In this document: one piece after another, positions 8,335-18,718 of the stretch
Numbering within the stretch: the first letter of the stretch is position 1
Layout of the letters: each line of letters starts with the position of its first letter
Source of the DNA: Nitrospirota bacterium
GTDB taxonomy: Bacteria; Nitrospirota; UBA9217
Reading direction: 5' to 3'
Assembly: GCA_963740085.1 (NCBI GenBank)
Contig: CAVUCU010000001.1
Span: 1,088,001-1,152,000, forward strand
DNA length: 64,000 nt
The notes under the pieces: model-generated
Database searches by the model: none
Seen by the model: only the letters and a program-made list of their open reading frames with translations
Told to the model about the DNA's origin: nothing
Program-made: the position numbers and the translations under genes

Positions 8335-9552
8335 TCAGTGCTTGAACAGACTCATCACGTTCCACATCGGAAGGAAGACCCCCAGGGCAAGGAACAGCAC
8401 CATGCCACCGACAAAGAGAAGCAGTATCGGCTCGATCATGGTTGCAAGGTTGCGAAGGGTATACTCCACATCCATGTCATAGTAATCGGAGACCTTGTTC
8501 AACATGGTATCGAGTTGCCCGGTTTCCTCGCCCACCGACATCATCTGGATCACCATCGGCGGGAAAAGCCCCGAGGCCTCCATCGGCGCGGTCAGCCCCT
8601 TGCCGTCCCGGAGGCTGTCGCTCATGGCCCCTACCGACCGGGCGATCACCACATTGCCTAATGTTTCGCCCGCGATCTCGAGCGTCAGCATCATTGAAAT
8701 GCCGCTCTTCTGCATGGCGCTGAATATGCGCGCGAACCGCGAGAGCGCTACTTTTTGGAAAAGAAGGCCGAACACCGGCAGCTTGAGTTTCAGCCGGTCC
8801 CACTGCCATCTGCCCCCCGGCGTTCCCAGATACCATATCACCCCCCCCACAAGCAGGACGATGCCGATAATGATAAGATACCAGAAGTGCTGGACCACGT
8901 AGTTGATATTGATCAGTATGCGCGTGGGCAGCGGCAACTCTGTTTTGAACTGCGCAAAGATCGCCGCGAACTTCGGGATCACGAAGGAGACAAGGAATGC
9001 AAATGCGGCGGAGATGGCGATCACGACGATCAGCGGATACCGTACCGCTGCTTTCACCCGCGCACGGGTTTCAGCCTCGTGCTCGGCAAGAAGCGCCAGC
9101 CGGTTCAGGATCTCATCGAGGATACCGGCCGTCTCCCCGGCCCTGATCAGGCTTACGTAAAGCTTGCTGAATATTTTTGGCTGCCGGGAAAGTGCATCGG
9201 AGAACGAACTGCCGCCCTCGATATCACGCCTGATCTGGGAGATCGCGGCTTTCAACCGGGGATTTTCCGACTGCTTTTCAAGTGTTGCGAGGCCCTGGAT
9301 AAAGGGGATGCCCGCGCTCATGAGCGTGGCAAGCTGCCTGCTGAAGATGATGAGGTCCTGCGGCTTGATCTTGCTGAACAATGCGCCAAAGTCGATGCTC
9401 GAGATCCGCTCCTGTCCCTGCTCCTCGATCATCACGGGGATGTATCCCATGCCCGAGAGCTGGTCCGCCACCCCGTCCTTGCGCGCAGCCTCCATCGTGC
9501 CGGTGCGAAGAGCACCGTCTTTATCCCTGGCTCTATACTGGTACAGCGGCAT
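8335..9552 (-). CDS. Type II secretion F-family inner-membrane platform protein (PilC/MshG)
   Basis: MPLYQYRA start, FSRQLATLMSAG, AGETAGILD, YP, LPLPTR, VGEETGQLD, IEP motifs. Confidence 0.92.
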   Translation of the reverse strand: MPLYQYRARDKDGALRTGTMEAARKDGVADQLSGMGYIPVMIEEQGQERISSIDFGALFSKIKPQDLIIFSRQLATLMSAGIPFIQGLATLEKQSENPRLKAAISQIRRDIEGGSSFSDALSRQPKIFSKLYVSLIRAGETAGILDEILNRLALLAEHEAETRARVKAAVRYPLIVVIAISAAFAFLVSFVIPKFAAIFAQFKTELPLPTRILININYVVQHFWYLIIIGIVLLVGGVIWYLGTPGGRWQWDRLKLKLPVFGLLFQKVALSRFARIFSAMQKSGISMMLTLEIAGETLGNVVIARSVGAMSDSLRDGKGLTAPMEASGLFPPMVIQMMSVGEETGQLDTMLNKVSDYYDMDVEYTLRNLATMIEPILLLFVGGMVLFLALGVFLPMWNVMSLFKH

Positions 9553-9703
9553 GTTCAAATCTCCCCGTCGGAACAAACTGAGAATTCAGAGGTCAGGCTA
9601 TCAGGGCCTAGACGTGATCAACAACGGTAGCCTGTATGCCGTATTTTGTTTTGTGTAACGTTATCATAAAAAGACGAATTCCGCAACAATACAAATAAAA
9701 ACA

Positions 9704-9732
9704 TTGACAAATCCGGCTTTCTGGAGTATCTT
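9704..9732 (+). promoter_or_regulatory. sigma70-type promoter for rho
   Basis: TTGACA-17 nt-TATCTT. Confidence 0.6.
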
Positions 9733-10021
9733 TTCTTCAGTCTCGAGTAAACCTGACCAAAAACCCCGTGTTATTACAAAACCCAGCACAATAATAACCA
9801 GGTAAAAACACTGCACACTGTTTACACATACACAGAAAGGTCTTTTTATCACGTAAGCAAACCGCTGACAGCTAGTCTGACTGAACCAGCCTCCATGCAA
9901 AAACCAACATAACGCTAATCACAACGCTTATAGAAAACAACCGCAGGAGCAGTATAACCCGCCTCTCACCAGGTAAGAACCGCACACGCCCCGGCAAACC
10001 GCGGGCCAAGGAGTAAAAACC

Positions 10022-11272
10022 ATGAATTTAGTAGAGCTCAAGGGAAAGAACATCGCCGAATTGACCGAGATGGCGAACGACCTCAAGGTCGAAGGCGTCA
10101 GCGGTCTGCGAAAACAGGAGTTGATCTTCGCCATCCTGCAGGCGCAGACGGAAAAGAACGGCATGATCTTCGGGGAGGGCGTGCTCGAGATCCTGCCCGA
10201 TGGCTTCGGCTTCCTTCGAGCGCCCGATTACAACTATCTCCCCGGCCCCGACGATATCTACGTCTCCCCCTCCCAGATAAGAAGGTTCAACATCCGCACC
10301 GGGGACACGGTCTCCGGCCAGATCCGGCCGCCGAAAGAGGGCGAACGCTACTTCGCCCTCCTCAAGGTCGATGCCATCAACTACGAGGACCCCGAAATAT
10401 CCCGGAGCAAGATCCTGTTCGACAACCTCACTCCTTACTATCCTGAAAAGAAGATAAAGCTTGAAATGACCCCGACGGAATATACCACGCGCGCCATAGA
10501 CCTCGTCACACCCATCGGCATGGGCCAGCGCGGCATGATCGTGGCACCTCCCCGGACCGGCAAGACCATGCTGCTCCAGGCCATTGCCAAGGCCATTCTG
10601 AAGAACCATCCGGACATCAAGCTCATCGTGCTGCTCATCGACGAACGGCCTGAGGAAGTCACCGACTGGCAGCGCCAGGTCAAGGCCGAGATCATCAGTT
10701 CCACCTTTGATGAACCGCCCCAGAGGCATGTGCAGGTAGCGGATATGGTCATCGAGCGGGCCAAACGGCTTGTCGAGCACAAGAAGGACGTTGTCATCCT
10801 GCTTGACAGCGTCACCCGTCTCGCGCGGGCGCACAACGCGATCATCCCGGCATCGGGCAAGGTGCTCTCCGGCGGTCTGGACGCCAATGCGCTCCAGCGG
10901 CCCAAGCGGTTCTTCGGCGCTGCCCGGAGCATCGAAGGGGGCGGCGGCAGCCTCACCATCCTGGCAACGGCGCTCGTGGACACGGGAAGCCGCATGGACG
11001 ATGTGATCTTCGAGGAGTTCAAGGGCACCGGCAACATGGAGCTCCACCTCGACCGGAAGCTGGTAGAAAAACGCGTTTTCCCGGCAATCGACATCAACGC
11101 ATCCGGCACGCGCAAGGAAGAACTGCTCGTTGACAAGGACGATCTGAACCGCATGTGGATCCTCAGAAAGGTCCTGAACCCGCTCTCCACCGTGGAGAGC
11201 ATGGAGTTCCTGCTCGAAAAGCTCAAACAGAACAAGACGAACCGGGACTTCCTTGACTCTATGAACAAGTGA
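10022..11272 (+). CDS. rho: Transcription termination factor Rho
   Basis: [48 protein letters not shown]. Confidence 0.98.
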   Translation: MNLVELKGKNIAELTEMANDLKVEGVSGLRKQELIFAILQAQTEKNGMIFGEGVLEILPDGFGFLRAPDYNYLPGPDDIYVSPSQIRRFNIRTGDTVSGQIRPPKEGERYFALLKVDAINYEDPEISRSKILFDNLTPYYPEKKIKLEMTPTEYTTRAIDLVTPIGMGQRGMIVAPPRTGKTMLLQAIAKAILKNHPDIKLIVLLIDERPEEVTDWQRQVKAEIISSTFDEPPQRHVQVADMVIERAKRLVEHKKDVVILLDSVTRLARAHNAIIPASGKVLSGGLDANALQRPKRFFGAARSIEGGGGSLTILATALVDTGSRMDDVIFEEFKGTGNMELHLDRKLVEKRVFPAIDINASGTRKEELLVDKDDLNRMWILRKVLNPLSTVESMEFLLEKLKQNKTNRDFLDSMNK

Positions 11273-11300
11273 TTTTTTCACCAAACAGGTGAAAAAATCA
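11270..11300. terminator. Palindromic hairpin at the rho stop codon, possibly a bidirectional terminator
   Basis: tgattttttcacc-aaaca-ggtgaaaaaatca perfect inverted repeat. Confidence 0.55.
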
Positions 11301-11414
11301 TCCTGAGCATCGCGAAGGATCTTTCCTAACGAGGAAATCATCACCCTGAACGAAGTGAAGGGTCTCTCAACATATTTGAAAAAAACCGGATTCCTCGCTG
11401 CGCCCGGAATGACA
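11298..11414. repeat. Cluster of three REP-like palindromic repeats
   Basis: tcatcctgagcatcgcgaaggatct, tcaccctgaacgaagtgaagggtct and an inverted copy ggattcctcgctgcgcccggaatgaca. Confidence 0.65.
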
Positions 11415-11429
11415 AGTGTCTTTTTTTAC

Positions 11430-11458
11430 TTGTATTTTTACGTATTTTGGTTTATTAT
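11430..11458 (+). promoter_or_regulatory. sigma70-type promoter for rpmE
   Basis: TTGTAT-17 nt-TATTAT. Confidence 0.5.
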
Positions 11459-11553
11459 TCCGACCTTACCGCAGCCATGGATGACGCGGTAATGCTTGAG
11501 AACGAAATCTGGATGGTTGTGGCTACATTAAAATAATCAGGAGGAGTAGAACC

Positions 11554-11763
11554 ATGAAACAGGGAATTCACCCGGACTACAAGCTGTCGCAGGTCCACTG
11601 TGCCTGCGGTGAGGCATACGAGACCCGGTCCACCAAAGAGAATATCAGGCTCGATATCTGCTCGGTCTGCCACCCCTTCTTCACCGGCAAACAGAAGCTC
11701 ATCGATACGGAAGGCCGCATAGACAAGTTCCGGAAAAAATACACGAAGACGGAATCCAAATAG
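11554..11763 (+). CDS. rpmE: 50S ribosomal protein L31, zinc-binding form
   Basis: MKQGIHPDY, CACG, DICSVCHPFFTGKQK. Confidence 0.97.
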   Translation: MKQGIHPDYKLSQVHCACGEAYETRSTKENIRLDICSVCHPFFTGKQKLIDTEGRIDKFRKKYTKTESK

Positions 11764-11866
11764 CAGACGACGGAGCGAGGTCGCGGACTCGGGCGATTGC
11801 TTAAGTATGTCTCCTGACCTCTGTCTCCTGATTACTGCCCACTGCTTTAACACGAGGTCCCTGAAC

Positions 11867-12772
11867 TTGTCGCAGACAATAAACATAGGCGGCCAGGCGG
11901 TGCTCGAGGGCGTGATGATGCGCTCACCGCGCGCCTTTACCGTGGCCGTTCGCAAAGGCGGAAAACCCGACGCCGGGATCGTGGTCTTCAAGCAGGAACT
12001 CATGCCGCTCGGCGAACGGTTCCCGTTCTTAAAGACGAAGATCATCCGGGGTTCGGCGGCGCTGTTTGAAGCGCTGTGGCTCGGCATCCGGGCGCTCAAT
12101 TTCTCGGCGAATGAGGCGATCGAAAGCAAAGACGGCAAAAAAGAGGAGATAGGCCCCCTTGCCATGGCCGGGACCATGATCGCGGCGCTTGCGTTTTCCC
12201 TCGCGATATTCCTGGCCCTCCCCCTCCTGCTGACCAGCCTGCTCGGCTCGTACTACGATACGGTCAACAAGAACAGCATCTTGTTCAACCTCACGGACGG
12301 TGTTCTCCGGGTAGGGTTGTTTCTGGGATATGTCTCCGGCATCTCGTTCATGAAGGACATCCGACGGGTCTTCGAGTACCACGGCGCTGAGCATAAGTCC
12401 ATCGCCGCCTACGAGTCCGGGGAAGAGATCACGGTCGAGAATGCACGGCAGTATTCCCGCATCCACCCGCGCTGCGGCACGAGCTTCCTGATCGCGGTCA
12501 TGGCTTTTTCCATTCTCCTGTTCTCGCTCATTCCGGGCAATTGGCCCCTCTGGGCAAAAGCTCTTTCGCGGATCGTCCTGTTGCCGTTGATCGCGGGGCT
12601 GGGATATGAATTCATCAAGTACAGCGCAAAGCAGTGCGGGAACCCCCTCATCAAGATCCTGATGCTGCCCGGACTCTGGCTTCAGCGGCTCACCACGCGT
12701 GAACCGTCGGACGACCAGATAGAGGTCGCCATCAGGGCGCTGAACGATGCCCTCGCGATGGAACCCCGCTGA
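11867..12772 (+). CDS. DUF1385 (YqhQ-like) membrane protein
   Basis: IGGQAVLEGVMMR, FEYHGAEHK, HPRCGTSF, LQRLTTREP; TTG start after GAGG. Confidence 0.9.
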   Translation: MSQTINIGGQAVLEGVMMRSPRAFTVAVRKGGKPDAGIVVFKQELMPLGERFPFLKTKIIRGSAALFEALWLGIRALNFSANEAIESKDGKKEEIGPLAMAGTMIAALAFSLAIFLALPLLLTSLLGSYYDTVNKNSILFNLTDGVLRVGLFLGYVSGISFMKDIRRVFEYHGAEHKSIAAYESGEEITVENARQYSRIHPRCGTSFLIAVMAFSILLFSLIPGNWPLWAKALSRIVLLPLIAGLGYEFIKYSAKQCGNPLIKILMLPGLWLQRLTTREPSDDQIEVAIRALNDALAMEPR

Positions 12773-12786
12773 TGCGGGGTTTTTTT
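12762..12786 (+). terminator. Intrinsic terminator-like hairpin overlapping the DUF1385 stop
   Basis: aaccccgc-tgat-gcggggtt followed by a T-tract. Confidence 0.6.
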
Positions 12787-12805
12787 ATTTAAGATCGAAA
12801 CCCGG

Positions 12806-12885
12806 AACGCGAATTTGACGAATTTCACAAATAACCCTGTTGTGTTGTCATTCGTGGTATTCGTACTATTCGTGCAATTCGTGTT
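12806..12885. repeat. Inverted element with 9-nt-period arms
   Basis: cgcgaattt gacgaattt cacaaat ... attcgtggt attcgtact attcgtgca attcgtgtt. Confidence 0.75.
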
Positions 12886-12906
12886 CGTCATGATGTATTT
12901 ACCCTT

Positions 12907-13974
12907 ATGTTCAAAAAATTAGAGGCCGTAGCCGAAAAATATGACGAGCTGACAAGGCTCTTGTCCGATCCTGCCGTCGCAGCCGACCATCAGCAATACC
13001 AGAAGTATTCCAAGGAGCGGTCGGACATCGAGGATGTGGTGAACCACTTTCGCGCCTACCGGGACCTGGTGAAGCAGGTCCACGAGGCCGGGGAGATCAC
13101 CAACGACAAGCAGTCGGACCCCGAGCTGCGCGCAATGGCCGAGGCCGAGATCAAGGAACTTACGCCGAAACGCGCGCAGATGGAGCAGGAGCTTCAGCTC
13201 ATGCTCGTGCCCAAGGACCCGCGGGACGAACGGAACGTGTTCCTCGAGATCCGCGCCGGGGCGGGCGGAGACGAGGCAGGGCTCTTCGCGGCCGAGCTCT
13301 TCCGCATGTATTCACGCTACTCCGAGAAAAAACGCTGGCAGGTCACCCTCCTGGACATGAGCACCACGGGGGTGGGCGGCGCAAAGGAGATCATCGCCCA
13401 GATCCAGGGCAAGGGCGTGTTCAGCAGGCTTAAATATGAGAGCGGCGTGCATCGCGTCCAGCGAGTTCCGGCCACGGAGGCAAGCGGCAGGATACACACT
13501 TCCACGGTGACCGTGGCCGTACTGCCCGAAGTAGACGACGTTGAGATTAATATAGAGCAGAAGGACCTTCGCATTGATACCTACTGTTCATCGGGTCCCG
13601 GCGGCCAGAGCGTGAATACCACTTACTCCGCCGTCAGGATCACCCATATCCCCACGGGCGAGGTGGTCGCGTGCCAGGACGAGCGCTCACAGCTCAAGAA
13701 TCGCATAAAGGCGATGAAGATCCTGAAGTCCCGCCTCCTGGAGAAAGAGAAGGCGAAGCAGGATGCCGAAACAGCCCAGGACCGCAGGTCACAGGTCGGC
13801 TCCGGAGAACGCAGTGAAAAGATCCGCACCTATAACTTTCCGCAAACCCGCGTAACGGACCACCGCATCGGGTTGTCGCTGTACCGTCTTGATTCGATCA
13901 TGGACGGCGACCTCGATGAGTTCATCGATGGCCTGACCGCAGCGGCGAACGCGGAACGGCTGAAAAATCTATAG
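12907..13974 (+). CDS. prfA: Peptide chain release factor 1
   Basis: VQRVPATE (PxT), GPGGQSVN, IRTYNFPQ. Confidence 0.98.
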   Translation: MFKKLEAVAEKYDELTRLLSDPAVAADHQQYQKYSKERSDIEDVVNHFRAYRDLVKQVHEAGEITNDKQSDPELRAMAEAEIKELTPKRAQMEQELQLMLVPKDPRDERNVFLEIRAGAGGDEAGLFAAELFRMYSRYSEKKRWQVTLLDMSTTGVGGAKEIIAQIQGKGVFSRLKYESGVHRVQRVPATEASGRIHTSTVTVAVLPEVDDVEINIEQKDLRIDTYCSSGPGGQSVNTTYSAVRITHIPTGEVVACQDERSQLKNRIKAMKILKSRLLEKEKAKQDAETAQDRRSQVGSGERSEKIRTYNFPQTRVTDHRIGLSLYRLDSIMDGDLDEFIDGLTAAANAERLKNL

Positions 13975-13979
13975 AAGGT

Positions 13980-14885
13980 ATGACGGCAGGAAGACATGCC
14001 TTCCCGCCCTCGGTCTTTACCGTGACCCTCGCTGAAGCTCTCAAGGATGCAGCCGCAGCACTATCAACAGCGGGAATATCCAACGCCCGGCTCGATGCAG
14101 AAGTGCTTCTTTCTCATAGTATACGGAAGGACCGCGTCTGGCTCATCACCCATCGAGATGATGTGCTCGAGGATAAAGAGCAACGGGATTTTGACGAAGC
14201 GATCCGGCGCAGGACAAAACGCGAGCCGCTTCAGCACCTCATCGGCAACCAGGAGTTCTGGGGCCTGGAGTTCAAAGTCACACCGGACGTGCTCATTCCC
14301 AGACCCGAAACCGAGTTCCTCATCGAAGCGGCTCTCGCGATCGCGCAGGACCGGAACCGTCAGGTCAGGATCATCGATCTTTGCACCGGCTCGGGGTGCA
14401 TTGCCGTAAGTCTGGCGAAAGAGCTGACCTCTGCTCACGTTCTCGCGACCGATGCGTCGATGAGGGCCCTTGCGGTGGCAAGAGAGAATGCCCGCGATCA
14501 CGGCGTTGCGGACCGAATCCGTTTTCTCGAAGGCGATCTGTTCGAACCGCTGGAAGAGCTGGACATACGCGCCGGGATTGATATTATTGTATCGAATCCG
14601 CCCTATGTGAAGTCAGGCGACCTGCCCGCCCTCCAGCCCGAGGTGAGAGATTACGAGCCCGAAATGGCGCTCATCTCCGGACCAGAAGGGACGGAGATCG
14701 CGGCGACAATCATCAAGATCGCGTCTGGGTATCTGAAGAAGAACGGCGCGCTCATTATGGAAATGGGACTGGGTCAGGCAGAGGCGCTTGTACGGATGGT
14801 CGACGCAACCGGCGAATATGGCAAACCCTGGATCCTGAAAGACCTGGCAGGAATTGAAAGGGTGATGGTTGCAAGAAAGGCGTAG
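13980..14885 (+). CDS. prmC: Release factor glutamine methyltransferase (start may be GTG 14022)
   Basis: EPLQHLIG, VLIPRPETE, DLCTGSG, SNPPY; directly follows prfA. Confidence 0.95.
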   Translation: MTAGRHAFPPSVFTVTLAEALKDAAAALSTAGISNARLDAEVLLSHSIRKDRVWLITHRDDVLEDKEQRDFDEAIRRRTKREPLQHLIGNQEFWGLEFKVTPDVLIPRPETEFLIEAALAIAQDRNRQVRIIDLCTGSGCIAVSLAKELTSAHVLATDASMRALAVARENARDHGVADRIRFLEGDLFEPLEELDIRAGIDIIVSNPPYVKSGDLPALQPEVRDYEPEMALISGPEGTEIAATIIKIASGYLKKNGALIMEMGLGQAEALVRMVDATGEYGKPWILKDLAGIERVMVARKA

Positions 14886-14964
14886 TATTCAGGAGCCTGT
14901 ACCCGGAAGACAGAAGATGGGTCAGCAGCCTGTTTTCTCCTGACTCCTGACGACTGGACTCATC

Positions 14965-16212
14965 ATGAAATCAATCTACATCAGCGGTGGAAAAAAACTG
15001 AACGGCGAGGTCTTCGTCAGCGGTGCCAAGAACGCCGCTCTGCCGATCCTTGCGGCAGCGCTTCTGTGCGAAGGAAAACATCGGATTGCAAATGTCCCTC
15101 GCCTGGCCGATGTAACGACCTTCGGGAGGATCCTCCAGAACATGGGGGTATCTTTCGAGCGTCAGGACAATGATGTCCTGATAGACTCTGCCGTACTCAC
15201 GAAACCGGAAGCGCCCTACGATCTCGTGCGGACCATGCGGGCCTCGGTGCTCGTCCTCGGCCCGCTCGTGGCGCGAAGAGGCAAGGCGCGCGTGTCGCTG
15301 CCCGGAGGCTGCGCCATCGGGGCTCGGCCGATCAACCTGCACCTTATGGGTCTGAGAAAGCTCGGTGCGATTGTCGAGATCGAGCATGGTTATGTTGTGG
15401 CCCGCGCACAAAGGCTCCGCGGCGCGCACATCTATTTCGATACCGTGACCGTGACCGGTACCGAGAACATCATGATGGCCGCCTCGCTCGCACAAGGCGA
15501 AACCATCCTCGAAAATGCCGCGCGGGAGCCCGAGATCGTGGACCTGGCGAACGCCCTCATCCAAATGGGCGCAAAGATCGAGGGAGCGGGCTCGGACATC
15601 ATCAGGATCCAGGGCGTCGAGAAACTCAGGCCCCTGGACTACTCCGTAATGCCTGACAGGATCGAGACCGGGACCTTCGTTATCGCCGCCGCCATAACCA
15701 ACGGGTCGGTCACGATCAAAAACTGTTTTCCCGGCCATCTCGAGGCCGTGCTCGCCAAGGTGACCGAGGCGGGAGCTCGGGTATCGACCGATGAAAGGAC
15801 GATTCATATAACCGGTCAGCGCGCGATCAAGCCCGTGAACGTCACTACACTGGAGTATCCCGGCTTTCCCACGGACATGCAGGCACAGATCATGAGCCTG
15901 ATGTCCCTGGCGGACGGCACGAGCGTCATCAACGAGACCATCTTCGAGAACCGCTTCACGCATGTAGCGGAGCTCCGAAGAATGGGTGCCGACATCCGGA
16001 CCGACGGACGCACGGCGATCATCAAGGGCGTGCGGAAGCTTTCAGCGGCGCCTGTGATGGCAACGGACCTCCGCGCGAGCGCCTCGCTCATCCTTGCCGG
16101 GCTTGCGGCGGAAGGACAGACCGTGATCTCGCGCATTTACCATTTGGACCGGGGTTATGATAATATTGAGCAGAAGCTCTCGGCGCTGGGAGCGGACATA
16201 AAAAGAGCGTGA
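14965..16212 (+). CDS. murA: UDP-N-acetylglucosamine 1-carboxyvinyltransferase
   Basis: [40 protein letters not shown]. Confidence 0.98.
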   Translation: MKSIYISGGKKLNGEVFVSGAKNAALPILAAALLCEGKHRIANVPRLADVTTFGRILQNMGVSFERQDNDVLIDSAVLTKPEAPYDLVRTMRASVLVLGPLVARRGKARVSLPGGCAIGARPINLHLMGLRKLGAIVEIEHGYVVARAQRLRGAHIYFDTVTVTGTENIMMAASLAQGETILENAAREPEIVDLANALIQMGAKIEGAGSDIIRIQGVEKLRPLDYSVMPDRIETGTFVIAAAITNGSVTIKNCFPGHLEAVLAKVTEAGARVSTDERTIHITGQRAIKPVNVTTLEYPGFPTDMQAQIMSLMSLADGTSVINETIFENRFTHVAELRRMGADIRTDGRTAIIKGVRKLSAAPVMATDLRASASLILAGLAAEGQTVISRIYHLDRGYDNIEQKLSALGADIKRA

Positions 16213-16215
16213 ACC

Positions 16216-16281
16216 GATTGCGGATTGCAGATTGCGGAATGCGGATTTTAAATCCGAAATCGCCAATCCGAAATCCGAAAT
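16216..16281. repeat. Inverted element with 7-nt-period arms
   Basis: gattgcg gattgca gattgcg gaatgcg ... aatccga aatcgcc aatccga aatccga. Confidence 0.8.
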
Positions 16282-16296
16282 TGAACGAGGGTTTTC

Positions 16297-17589
16297 ATGA
16301 AGATCATCGACTCACAGCAAAAAGACATCGTCGCCGAACTCAAGCGCATCATCAACCGCGGCGAGACCGCGACCGAGGAGGTCGCCATCGTCGTGAAAGA
16401 GGTCGTCGAGCGCGTTCGCAAGCATGGCGACCCCGCAGTGCTCGAATACACCGAGAAGTTCGACCGGGTGACCCTCGCGCTCAAGGACCTCAAGATTACT
16501 TCCGAGGAGATCAGGAACGCCTATACCAAGGTCGAGGCACGGAAGGTGGACGCGCTCAAACGCGCAGCACAGAACATCCGCGCCTTCCATGAAAAACAGA
16601 AGATGAGCTCCTGGGTCAGCCAGGAGGCGGACGGCGTCATCCTCGGCCAGCTCGCGCGGCCGATACAGAGCGCCGGGGTCTACGTACCCGGCGGAAAGGC
16701 GTGCTACCCCTCGTCGGTGCTCATGAATGTGATCCCGGCAAGGGTTGCCGGTGTGGAACATCTGGTAATGTGCTCGCCCGTACCGGGCGGGACCATGAAC
16801 CCGTACATCCTTGTTGCCGCTGATATCGCAGGGGTCTCCGAGATCTACAAGATCGGCGGCGCGCAGGCGATCGCGGCCATGGCATACGGCACTGCTACGA
16901 TCCCCAAGGTCGACAAGATCGTGGGGCCGGGCAATATCTATGTGGCCACAGCCAAACGGTACGTCTTCGGCCAGGTGGACATCGATATGATCGCGGGGCC
17001 GAGCGAGATACTGGTCATTGCCGACCACTCGGCGAATCCGGTCTTTGTGGCCTCGGATCTGCTTTCTCAGGCCGAACACGATGAGCTGGCGTCCGCGATA
17101 CTCGTCACCACCTCCCGTGAGCTTGCGGAAAAAGTGGATGCCGAGGTCGAGCGTCAACTTGCGAACTTGAGCAGGAAAGAGATCGCCCGCAAGGCCATCG
17201 ACCGCTTCGGCGTGATCGTGATCGTGGGAGATCTGCAGGGGGCTGCCGAGATCTCAAACTCTATCGCGCCGGAGCATCTGGAGCTTGCTGTCGAGAAGCC
17301 GTTTGAGCTCCTTGCGCTGATCAAGAACGCAGGCGCCATCTTCCTCGGCCACTACACTCCCGAGTCGGTTGGCGACTATATCGCCGGACCGAACCACGTG
17401 CTCCCCACGGGCGGTACGGCCCGGTTCTTTTCCCCCCTGTCCACGGACAGCTTCATGAAAAAATCCAGCCTCATCTTCTATACAAAAGAGGGCCTGGACA
17501 AGGTGGGGGAAGCCGTGATGCAGATCGCGGACGTGGAAGGGCTTGAAGCTCACGGGAATACGATCAAGGTACGGATGACGAAAAAATAA
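16297..17589 (+). CDS. hisD: Histidinol dehydrogenase
   Basis: GVYVPGG, GPGNIYV, IDMIAGPSE, DLLSQAEHD, APEHLE, GPNHVLPT. Confidence 0.97.
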   Translation: MKIIDSQQKDIVAELKRIINRGETATEEVAIVVKEVVERVRKHGDPAVLEYTEKFDRVTLALKDLKITSEEIRNAYTKVEARKVDALKRAAQNIRAFHEKQKMSSWVSQEADGVILGQLARPIQSAGVYVPGGKACYPSSVLMNVIPARVAGVEHLVMCSPVPGGTMNPYILVAADIAGVSEIYKIGGAQAIAAMAYGTATIPKVDKIVGPGNIYVATAKRYVFGQVDIDMIAGPSEILVIADHSANPVFVASDLLSQAEHDELASAILVTTSRELAEKVDAEVERQLANLSRKEIARKAIDRFGVIVIVGDLQGAAEISNSIAPEHLELAVEKPFELLALIKNAGAIFLGHYTPESVGDYIAGPNHVLPTGGTARFFSPLSTDSFMKKSSLIFYTKEGLDKVGEAVMQIADVEGLEAHGNTIKVRMTKK

Positions 17590-17598
17590 AACCTTGGA

Positions 17599-17688
17599 GG
17601 GGAAATGGAGAAAAAGAAAAATCGGGAAATGGGGAATAAACGCCTTAAGCTGTTGCCCCCTTTCGCCGTTTTATTCTCCCTTTCTCCT
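17599..17688. repeat. Inverted purine/pyrimidine element with ~8-nt-period arms
   Basis: ggggaaat ggagaaaa ... ggggaat arm opposite ttgccccc tttcgccg ... ttctccctttctcct. Confidence 0.55.
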
Positions 17689-17727
17689 GAATGATTTTCC
17701 CTTGAAATATTATTAAGGAGATAAGAG

Positions 17728-18648
17728 ATGTCTGCAAAATTAAAAAAGGCTGCATCAAAAGCAACTGCTCCCGCCGACCAAAAGCTCAAGCTCGGCCTGC
17801 CCAAGGGGAGCCTGCAGGAAGCAACGTTCAAGCTCTTCAGCAAGGCCGGTTACCGCATACAGGTCGGTTCGCGCAGCTACTATCCGACCATCGATGATCG
17901 GAACATCGACTGCACCCTGGTCCGGGCCCAGGAGATGGCGCGCTACGTCGATATCGGCATCTTCGATGTCGGACTCACGGGCAAGGACTGGATCCTCGAG
18001 CAAAACGCCGATGTGGTCGAGGTGGCCGAGCTTCGCTATGCCAAGGGAGGCCTTAACCCCGTGCGCTGGGTTGTGGCCGTGCCCGAGGACTCGAAGATCA
18101 AAACGCTCAAGGACCTGAAAGGCAAGCGCATCGCCACCGAGCTCGTGGGATATACAAAACGTTATCTTAAGTCCAGGGGAGTAACCGCCGACATCGAGTT
18201 CTCCTGGGGCGCCACGGAAGTGAAGCCGCCGAAGCTTGCCGATGCGATCGTGGAGCTCACCGAGACCGGCAGCTCGCTCCGCGCGAACAAGCTTCGTATC
18301 GTTGAAGTGATGCTGGAGTCCACTACCCGGCTTGTCGCGAACAAAAAAGCGTGGAGCGACCCATGGAAGCGGAAGAAAATAGAGAACATGGCCATGCTGC
18401 TCCAGGGTGCGCTTTCCGCCGAGGAAAAGGTCGGGCTCAAGATGAACGCCCCCAAGGCCGGCCTGAAGGAGATATGCGGCCTTCTGCCCTCCATGCACGC
18501 GCCGACGATCTCGCATCAGACCGACCCCGCGTGGGTAAGCCTGGAAGTGATCCTGGACGAAAAGCAGGCACGTGACCTGATCCCCCGGCTCAAACGCCGC
18601 GGCGCATCGGGGATCGTGGAGTATCCGCTGAACAAGGTCATTGCATAA
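17728..18648 (+). CDS. hisG: ATP phosphoribosyltransferase, long form
   Basis: [36 protein letters not shown]-terminal PTIS domain. Confidence 0.96.
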   Translation: MSAKLKKAASKATAPADQKLKLGLPKGSLQEATFKLFSKAGYRIQVGSRSYYPTIDDRNIDCTLVRAQEMARYVDIGIFDVGLTGKDWILEQNADVVEVAELRYAKGGLNPVRWVVAVPEDSKIKTLKDLKGKRIATELVGYTKRYLKSRGVTADIEFSWGATEVKPPKLADAIVELTETGSSLRANKLRIVEVMLESTTRLVANKKAWSDPWKRKKIENMAMLLQGALSAEEKVGLKMNAPKAGLKEICGLLPSMHAPTISHQTDPAWVSLEVILDEKQARDLIPRLKRRGASGIVEYPLNKVIA

Positions 18649-18665
18649 CTTCGATTGGAACACAC

Positions 18666-18696
18666 AAGGCGGCCCATAAGGCCGCCTTTTTCTTTT
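18666..18696 (+). terminator. Intrinsic terminator after hisG
   Basis: aaggcggcc-cataa-ggccgcctt then T-tract. Confidence 0.75.
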
Positions 18697-18718
18697 CTGC
18701 CGAAAGTTCCTTCGCGTC

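Noticed and set aside
9570-9641. Degenerate c-di-GMP-I riboswitch-like string (gcta..agggccta...ggtagcc..tgccg)
   Set aside because: The core CGCAAAGC and GAAA loop are missing, it is antisense to the pilC-like gene, and it lies upstream of the rho promoter. An Infernal scan would settle it.
10028-11344. Long antisense ORFs (also 14971..15963, 17755..18837, 50770..51855, 58057..59274)
   Set aside because: Shadow frames of well-supported high-GC genes.
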